From positions 128,326-192,325 of the forward strand of contig CADAIJ010000007.1 in the NCBI GenBank assembly GCA_902787955.1: DNA of 64,000 nucleotides, written 5' to 3'. Under the pieces are notes generated by a model. It was given only the letters and a program-made list of their open reading frames with translations, ran no database searches and was not told where the DNA came from. Position numbers and translations under genes: made by a program. The stretch comes from an uncultured Erysipelotrichaceae bacterium. Lineage in GTDB: Bacteria > Bacillota_I > Bacilli_A > RFN20 > CAG-826. Of this stretch, positions 57,602-64,000 are shown one piece after another (the first letter of the stretch is position 1; the number at the start of each line of letters is the position of its first letter).

Positions 57602-58544
57602 TTTTATGCCAAAATAATTCCCAGCGAACTTCGCATTTTCTCCTAATTTGTTCTCTTTTATTATAAGGCAAACAATTGATAAAGTTATCTAATTCGTCTT
57701 CCGATTCGAAATAAATATGCTTAATAATTTCCGCACTAACTTTGTTGTGGAACAAGATTTCAGCAGCTAAATATGGATTATCCTCATAAGCATCATAAGC
57801 ATCGTAAGTTTTTGCAAAATTAAAGTTAAATCGATTTAGATTTTTAAGGTTTCCTTGATATCCAATGTTAAATCTTCCCCAGTAAAAATCACCATCATAC
57901 ATAAAATGTCCATTTACCGGATAAAGAATTACATTGGTACCTGACTTCCAAATTGAATCATAATCGAGAGCGATTATAACTCCATAAGTATTGTTTTTGA
58001 TAAAATTGTGATACATCGAGCATGTGGCTTTATTTCTTATGTTTAGATAAAATCTTGCATATCGTTGCAATATTGGTGAGTAATTTGATCCCATAACAGA
58101 ATTAGATGTTTCGTTCATTTTATCATTATCATATTTGATTAAAATACCTCCATAATATCTAGAATACAAATACCCTGTGGAAATAATTGAGACAGCGTTT
58201 TGAACTGCTGTAAAATGATAAAACTCAACAGGACCGTCGCTATGTCGTTGCAACATATTGTAAAGTTCGTCATAAGATGTGGCTAAACTCTCAAAACGAA
58301 GACCGGTTTCTTTAGTCTCACATACATATGGTTTTGCAATCACACTTCTTTCTTCAATATTTTTATATATAACGCCTTCAATTTTATCTTCGTTTGTCCA
58401 AAAATCGCGCATTTCGCCATCTGTGAATACTGCTTTGTGTTCATCTTTAATTGATAGAATTGTCTTCCTCTCACCGTTTTTAAAAACAACGATATCGCCT
58501 TTTCTCAAATCTTTATATGAATTATATTTTTGAATTTTTTCCAT
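57585..58544 (-). CDS. DarT-like (DUF4433) ADP-ribosyltransferase with an N-terminal extension of about 100 aa
   Basis: FYHFTAVQNAVSIISTGYLYSR parallels LYHFTHIDNLPSILxxGLLSR. C-terminal AAEILFHNKVSAEIIKHIYF parallels the AEfLV...IP...I motif that carries the catalytic Glu. Confidence 0.55.
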   Translation of the reverse strand: MEKIQKYNSYKDLRKGDIVVFKNGERKTILSIKDEHKAVFTDGEMRDFWTNEDKIEGVIYKNIEERSVIAKPYVCETKETGLRFESLATSYDELYNMLQRHSDGPVEFYHFTAVQNAVSIISTGYLYSRYYGGILIKYDNDKMNETSNSVMGSNYSPILQRYARFYLNIRNKATCSMYHNFIKNNTYGVIIALDYDSIWKSGTNVILYPVNGHFMYDGDFYWGRFNIGYQGNLKNLNRFNFNFAKTYDAYDAYEDNPYLAAEILFHNKVSAEIIKHIYFESEDELDNFINCLPYNKREQIRRKCEVRWELFWHKNDDNY

Positions 58545-58568
58545 TTTTATGTTACCCCTTTGCTTTTA

Positions 58569-59570
58569 TTATGCCTCTCCTGGCTTTTTACCATTAAATA
58601 ATTCTTCATCTAAATGGTTAATTAACATTTGATAAAAATTCTTAAATCTTTCAGGAACATACAAGTTCTCCCTTTTTATGTTTTTTAGTAATCTTTTTGC
58701 TTCTTTGTGATCTCTTTCTACACCATCGATATCGGAAGCAAAGCATAATGCAGAAATAATACGGCATAAAGGATTTGCAGTCCTCATAGTTCCCGCTACC
58801 GCAATAAAGAATCCTTTGTTATTAATATTAAGACTGCCTGTCTTTTCATACTCTTCTTGAAGAAATAATAATGAAAAAATGGCATAGGAATCGCCGTTAA
58901 ATCTCTCATACAAACAATTAATAACATCTTCATAATCGCTTTCGTAAGCAGCGTTAAATAATCTAACATTCAACCCGTTGTTTGAATAAAGAGCACCGCC
59001 ATATTCATTAAATATTTTTAAATAATGAAACTCTGTATTATCTTTAAAAAATTCTTTATAAGGTGGAAATAGATTATTTAGCGTTTTATATGATTGTGAA
59101 AGTATATAAGCGACTTGGCCCTTTCTATTATTGGGAGCGTATTCAAAAGCAAGATTTAAATATTTCGATGCTTTTAGATAATCAACCATATCTGGCTCTA
59201 AATTGTTAAAAATATGTAAGTTGGCTAATTCCAAACATGCTGAATAACTATGTTTATTAATCCCTTCTTCAAGAACTTTCACTGCTTGATAAACTTTCGC
59301 TAGATTACCTACAGTTATTTTCACATAAAGATTATAGGCATCATATCCTTCCTCAATCGCTTTTAATGCGTATTCTTGCGCTTCTTTATACCTTCTTAAA
59401 CGGCATAATGCTAGAGCAATAAAATAGTATAATGATTTATCCTCTTTGATTTTTAAAGCATCATTAAAACAATTAATTGCAATTTCTTCTTCACTAGTTT
59501 CTTTGTCAGTACCAAAAAGATTAACTAATCCTAAAACTTTTTTCTTATCAAAATCACTCAAATAAAACAT
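58569..59570 (-). CDS. helical-repeat (TPR/Sel1-like) protein
   Basis: Repeated amphipathic helices rich in Ala, Tyr and Leu; 333 aa. Confidence 0.35.
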   Translation of the reverse strand: MFYLSDFDKKKVLGLVNLFGTDKETSEEEIAINCFNDALKIKEDKSLYYFIALALCRLRRYKEAQEYALKAIEEGYDAYNLYVKITVGNLAKVYQAVKVLEEGINKHSYSACLELANLHIFNNLEPDMVDYLKASKYLNLAFEYAPNNRKGQVAYILSQSYKTLNNLFPPYKEFFKDNTEFHYLKIFNEYGGALYSNNGLNVRLFNAAYESDYEDVINCLYERFNGDSYAIFSLLFLQEEYEKTGSLNINNKGFFIAVAGTMRTANPLCRIISALCFASDIDGVERDHKEAKRLLKNIKRENLYVPERFKNFYQMLINHLDEELFNGKKPGEA

Positions 59571-59579
59571 ATCCCCTCC

Positions 59580-59909
59580 TTATGCCATATCACTAATATC
59601 TTTATTATACTCAAACTCTAAATTCCACTTTTTTAAAAGCATATCCTTAAGTAAATTAGAGCAATCATCATATGCATTATTTAAAACGTATTGAAATTGT
59701 TTGTTATATTTCTCATCTTTCTTTGCATATCGAAAAAATCTAGCACAAAGATCTTTAAATGATTCTACATCTAAAAAAACATCCCCATATGCACCTGAGC
59801 ATATACTTAAAATAAGTAAATACTCGTCAGTTTTCTTATCGCTAGGATCCCAATAGATTTTAATTGGATCATCTTTTGTTCCAACAAATGTTATGTTTGT
59901 CTCTTTCAT
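59580..59909 (-). CDS. hypothetical protein (109 aa), first gene of the DarT-like operon
   Basis: ORF downstream of the 59.9-60.3 kb intergenic region. Confidence 0.4.
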   Translation of the reverse strand: MKETNITFVGTKDDPIKIYWDPSDKKTDEYLLILSICSGAYGDVFLDVESFKDLCARFFRYAKKDEKYNKQFQYVLNNAYDDCSNLLKDMLLKKWNLEFEYNKDISDMA

Positions 59910-60260
59910 AATTCCTCTTTCTTCCTCCTTAAATACTAATAAGAACTGGCCCGGAAGTTCTTTTTTTTAGAAAGGAGGTTATGCATAAAACTGGAAAAGA
60001 TTTTAGTTACACCAAGCCGGGCCTCTTGAATGTAACTAAATATTAACCAAAAAATAAATTATTAATAGTCTTGTAATTCATAGAAGATATGGCAAAATCG
60101 TAACCCACGACTCTTCTATCTGAATCTATTCTTACTGAATATATTCTGTATCTCTGAATATCTTATCCTATTATCCTTCTCTTCTTATTCTTTATCTTTC
60201 TTCTCTACTCCCTTTTTTAAAATTTTTTGAAAATTATTTATAAATTCGCTCAAATATAAA

Positions 60261-60288
60261 ACGCCCCAGCATAAACTGAGGCGTTAAT
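60261..60288 (-). terminator. intrinsic terminator after the AAA-protease gene
   Basis: AACGCCTCAG...CTGGGGCGTT hairpin followed on the minus strand by TTTTATATTT. Confidence 0.5.
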
Positions 60289-60310
60289 TATATATTTAAA
60301 AGAAACGCAC

Positions 60311-61678
60311 TTAGGCGCTTACGTGCTCGTTATTATTAAACCTATTTAGTATTTCTTCAACTTCTCGCTTAGAGAGTTTTTCTTTCTCTTTAAGTTCGTT
60401 ATATAACGTTTTAGCAAGGTTCATATTCGATTGTATTAAAGCTTTAGCATTTTCAAACGCTTCGTTTAGTAATTCTGTTTCAAGTCTTTCTGTTACTTCA
60501 AGTCTCTTTTCAGAGGTTGGAGTAGTATCTGCAGCAAAACCACCACTTGCTCTATTAGGTGGAAGTTTATCAAACCCAAAAGCACCAACATTCATAAGAT
60601 GAGATATGGCCGTTCTAGCTTTATTGACATCATCAACTGCTCCAGTAGTCATGTCACTACACATAACTTCTTCACCAGCAAGACCACCAAGCATTGTAAT
60701 TAGTTTCTTCTTAAGAGTGTTTTTACTTACTCGTTCAAATTCAATTGTTTCTTCTTCAAACAAGATATGGCCTGTTATTCTTCCAAACTTTTCAGTAGAG
60801 ATTGATGTCACAATACCACTTGTTTTATATTCTGCAATGAAATGGCCAATTTCATGATAACAAGTTAAATCATCTGGGCCATATTTATTTCTCTTTCTAA
60901 TATCTTGAAATCTTACAACAGGAATATTCCTTTCGAAGTCAATAAGTGTAATCTTATTAATTCCTTGGGATGTGCAGTCAATAATTGTCTCGTTTACGAG
61001 TGTCTTTATGTCCGCTCCACAGAAATTAGGAGTCTTAAGAGCAAGTTGATGAGCATCTATATCATTAAGTAATTCGTTCTTACTTAAATAGAGTTTAAAT
61101 ATTTCTTCTCTATCGATGGTGTCTGGCATATCAATAGTGATACGTTTATCCATTCTTCCACTTCTCATTAAAGATGGCGGAAGAATTGGGCGGTGATTTG
61201 TTGTAGCAATAACTAAAATACCATCGCTAGAAGAAATGCCATCAATCTCAGTTAAAAGAATCTTTGTTGTTTTTCTTGAGTAATCAGAAGTAAAGTCATT
61301 TGTCATAACTAATTCATCAAGTTCATCAATAAAGATAATAGCAGGAGGATTTTCTCTCGCTTTCTTGAACAATTCTTTAATGGATTTAATAGTAGCGGCT
61401 TCGGTTTCGCTTTCATTACTTTCGTATTCAAAGAATGGAACCCCACTTTCAGAAGCAATAGCTTTAGCAAGCATGGTTTTACCTACGCCAGGATTGCCAG
61501 ATAAGATTAAACCTTTAGGTATATACGCACCCTTCTTCTCGTACTTCTCGTGGTTTTTAAGAACCTCGATAATCTTCTTAGCCTCGGCTTTTTCTTCTTC
61601 ATAGCCAGCGATGTCACTTAAATAAATTTTGTCTTCCATATCTAATATTCCTTTCATTAAAAATTTGTAAAAAACCAT
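60311..61678 (-). CDS. soluble FtsH-like AAA+ ATPase fused to an M41 zinc metalloprotease (no transmembrane N-terminus)
   Basis: Walker A GNPGVGKTMLAKAIA, Walker B IIFIDELDEL, second-region-of-homology-like ATTNHRPILPPSLMRSGRMD, zinc-binding HEIGH. Confidence 0.7.
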   Translation of the reverse strand: MVFYKFLMKGILDMEDKIYLSDIAGYEEEKAEAKKIIEVLKNHEKYEKKGAYIPKGLILSGNPGVGKTMLAKAIASESGVPFFEYESNESETEAATIKSIKELFKKARENPPAIIFIDELDELVMTNDFTSDYSRKTTKILLTEIDGISSSDGILVIATTNHRPILPPSLMRSGRMDKRITIDMPDTIDREEIFKLYLSKNELLNDIDAHQLALKTPNFCGADIKTLVNETIIDCTSQGINKITLIDFERNIPVVRFQDIRKRNKYGPDDLTCYHEIGHFIAEYKTSGIVTSISTEKFGRITGHILFEEETIEFERVSKNTLKKKLITMLGGLAGEEVMCSDMTTGAVDDVNKARTAISHLMNVGAFGFDKLPPNRASGGFAADTTPTSEKRLEVTERLETELLNEAFENAKALIQSNMNLAKTLYNELKEKEKLSKREVEEILNRFNNNEHVSA

Positions 61679-61719
61679 CAGAAATCCATTAAATTGAAGT
61701 CTGATGGTAAATTAGTGTG

Positions 61720-62688
61720 TTATTTATTAGTGTTACAAAGTTCAACAAATTCTTGGTATGTGATTATTCTTCCACCATATGGGTACTTTAGACCAGAAGA
61801 AATCTCTTCTTTATTCTTCTTGTCTATAGTAACAAAGAAATCAGAACCATTTGTTCTATCATATGCAACAAAGTTGTTTTCTTTAATTAATTTAATAAGA
61901 TTCGTTAGTTCTTTATGATGCTCTTTCATTTCACCACTAACAGTAACGAATTTACCAATTGAATTAGGATCTTCCAAAAGAGGCAAGTGTTTGCGATATA
62001 ATTCACCCCACATTACTTGCCCTTCATCTCTCTTCTTCTTGTTGACATGACTTTTTCTTTTATATCGCTCGTTTTTATTCTCTTTATACTTCTTCCAATA
62101 TTCAAAAGCAGAAATCTTTGAATCTTGGCATGAGTCGAGAAGATCTTGAACGCTAAACTCTAAGTCCACTACCATAGATTTAAAAACAAGCATTGTTTTA
62201 TAAGCATCATCATCCGCTTTATGATCTATTAAACTGCTTCTTTCATTCTCAGGAACAATATCAATAAAGGCATTATCTAAAGACGTATATCTTTTGTTTT
62301 GCTTATCGAAAACAGGAAGCATCTTTTGAACATCATATGCTACATAATCAAACTTATCCAATTTATAACGGTTACAAGCCTTAATAAGGTAACGAATGTC
62401 GTTATCTACACTATGACCGAAGATTAATATATCTTTTTGGGTCATAAGAAATTTAATATTGTCATAAGCATCGTCAAATGGTTTATGTTTATAATATTCT
62501 TCTTCAGGGTAGGATAGTTTTAAGTCAGATTGACCTTTTCTACCCGTAAGATTAAATTTGCATTTCGGATTAATAAGGATGTTTTTCTTTCGAATGATAT
62601 TTAAACTCTCATCGCATAAAACATATCCAAATTCGCATATGGCTCTACTTCCATCTGCGCATTCAATGTCGAAAAATAAGTATCTCAA
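61720..62688 (-). CDS. DEDDh 3'-5' exonuclease (DnaQ/RNase T-like) with a C-terminal extension
   Basis: LFFDIECADG (exo I), FGHSVDNDIRYL (exo II) and HKADDDAYKT (exo III). Confidence 0.65.
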   Translation of the reverse strand: MRYLFFDIECADGSRAICEFGYVLCDESLNIIRKKNILINPKCKFNLTGRKGQSDLKLSYPEEEYYKHKPFDDAYDNIKFLMTQKDILIFGHSVDNDIRYLIKACNRYKLDKFDYVAYDVQKMLPVFDKQNKRYTSLDNAFIDIVPENERSSLIDHKADDDAYKTMLVFKSMVVDLEFSVQDLLDSCQDSKISAFEYWKKYKENKNERYKRKSHVNKKKRDEGQVMWGELYRKHLPLLEDPNSIGKFVTVSGEMKEHHKELTNLIKLIKENNFVAYDRTNGSDFFVTIDKKNKEEISSGLKYPYGGRIITYQEFVELCNTNK

Positions 62689-62778
62689 TTATACCGTCCT
62701 CCTTTAAATATAGAGGATATACCCGATATTGCGGGAAATATCCATTTGTAGATAATAAGTAGATTTTACAAAGTAAAA

Positions 62779-63990
62779 TTAGAAAATGCTTTTTTCGTAG
62801 TTTTTAATCAATTTTTCTAAAAAATCTGTCTTATTGTAATTAAACTTGTTGAATAATGTGTATTGGGGTTTCTCGCCTTTTCTTGTTTTCCTTAATGTTG
62901 GAAGAGGAATGGCGTCTTCAGCAAGAAGTGATTTAAGAGAATAACCTAATTCGTTTGGATATTCATGCACGATATAAAGAAAGATAAAAAGTTTCGAATA
63001 GCCATCATCTAGATCTTCAAGTGATTTTATTAGTAATTTAGCTTTTTGAGGAGAATTAATTTTAATTTTGAGTTTTCGGTAAGCTCTTCTAATAGTGTTA
63101 ATAAAATTGGCTTTTTTAAGCTCAAAATCATTATTTAAAGTTTTATCACTAATGTTATCAATTGCTTCCTTAATTTCCGATAGTATCTCAATAGATGCTT
63201 TGTTTTGTTTATATATATCAGTTTGGAATCCTTTAGTGGAATAATCATGTTTAAATAGATTAAAGAATGGAATAGTTTTTGTTCTAACATCATCTTCAAA
63301 TGCAGAATTATTAACAATATCCCATAGATAATCCATTGTTGTTTTAAATTCGCGGTCAATATTACTTTTTTGTTTAATATCACTTATCTTTGGCTTACAG
63401 TTCTTATCTCTAGAAACAATAGTGAAAAATAAAGGCTTTTTACTATAATAGCCGTGTTTGATAGCGTAATTTCTAACCCTATTATATTCACTGGTTGTGT
63501 TGTCGAATGGGAAACTACGCTTAGCGCTATCGATTTCCGCACCTGATAGAACTGCTAAAATAGCAATTTCGTTATATAGTTCTTTATGTTCGTTACCTTT
63601 ACCATATTTATAGTTATTCCAAAGATGGCTATTTAATAATTGAGAGAGGTTAACGATTTTACCAACATTGTTATTAGCGATTTCGTTATCAATTTTGTTT
63701 TGATTTAAAAGAAGATTCTCTTTTTTATCAGTTGAAAATTGTTCCATTGCTTTATTAGTAGATCCAAATCCAGTAAATGGAACAGGGAAATTGTTATAAT
63801 TTTTAATAGCGGATTCCACCAAAACAGGATTATCGGTTAAAAGCATTGAATCAGAGTCATAATCGCATCCACTTAATCTTTGTTGGATATTATTGTTAAT
63901 TGCATCCACCACAACTATTTCATTAGTGAGATTAAAATATTTATCTATCTCAGGGAGTCTTTTATTTTTTGCATATAAGACATTTCCCAT
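62779..63990 (-). CDS. hypothetical protein
   Basis: 403 aa; no motif. Confidence 0.4.
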   Translation of the reverse strand: MGNVLYAKNKRLPEIDKYFNLTNEIVVVDAINNNIQQRLSGCDYDSDSMLLTDNPVLVESAIKNYNNFPVPFTGFGSTNKAMEQFSTDKKENLLLNQNKIDNEIANNNVGKIVNLSQLLNSHLWNNYKYGKGNEHKELYNEIAILAVLSGAEIDSAKRSFPFDNTTSEYNRVRNYAIKHGYYSKKPLFFTIVSRDKNCKPKISDIKQKSNIDREFKTTMDYLWDIVNNSAFEDDVRTKTIPFFNLFKHDYSTKGFQTDIYKQNKASIEILSEIKEAIDNISDKTLNNDFELKKANFINTIRRAYRKLKIKINSPQKAKLLIKSLEDLDDGYSKLFIFLYIVHEYPNELGYSLKSLLAEDAIPLPTLRKTRKGEKPQYTLFNKFNYNKTDFLEKLIKNYEKSIF

Positions 63991-64000
63991 TGTGGTATGA

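Noticed and set aside
59945-59975. Plus-strand terminator hairpin AGAACT-GGCCCGGA-AGTTCT followed by T8
   Set aside because: There is no plus-strand gene upstream. It may block antisense transcription into the DarT-like operon or may be incidental, so it is not called as a feature.
46251-64000. Intact prophage
   Set aside because: No capsid, terminase, portal, tail or integrase genes were recognisable. The content is dominated by defense and anti-defense-type enzymes, so defense island or degraded mobile element is preferred.

Overview
This is an AT-rich (about 30% GC) Firmicutes-type chromosomal window, judged from ECF transporter modules, GGDEF signalling, BspA-type LRR and Big_2/VanZ surface proteins. 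No rRNA, tRNA, CRISPR array, transposase or integrase was recognised.

Left part (1-31 kb), mostly conserved genes:
- The tail of a UDP-L-FucNAc-type polysaccharide cluster (capF/capG/capE-like), with an HTH fused to the CapE-like enzyme.
- Housekeeping genes: mntP, an orphan Phd/YefM antitoxin, a YebC-family regulator, a HAD hydrolase, truA-ecfT-ecfA2-ecfA1, dCMP deaminase, a FolT-like S-component with folC, and smpB.
- Membrane and surface proteins: a Zn-ribbon membrane protein, a tandem-repeat surface protein, an Endonuclease-I-family membrane nuclease, Big_2/VanZ, lipoproteins and a BspA-like LRR protein.
- A GGDEF diguanylate cyclase preceded by a clear c-di-GMP-I (GEMM) riboswitch.

Right part (about 32-64 kb) is an accessory, defense-island-like block, almost all on the minus strand:
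- A giant single-polypeptide protein combining a T5orf172 (GIY-YIG-like) domain, an SF2 helicase and an N6-adenine methyltransferase, with an HTH controller, a 329-aa partner and a RES-like protein.
- A second cassette with a GHKL/MORC-like ATPase, two unknown proteins and a Dam methyltransferase.
- These two cassettes are bounded by three copies of a conserved ~100-nt element. The longest copy runs into a ~550-nt GC-rich non-coding segment with hairpins and a pseudoknot-like arrangement, which is a candidate large structured RNA.
- An ADP-ribosylation-themed region: a DarT-like (DUF4433) transferase next to a TARG1/DarG-type macro domain, plus a NADAR protein, a wHTH-macro fusion, an ADP-ribosylglycohydrolase and another macro protein.
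- A soluble FtsH-like AAA+M41 protease, a DEDDh exonuclease, Zn-ribbon proteins and an array of tiny ORFs.
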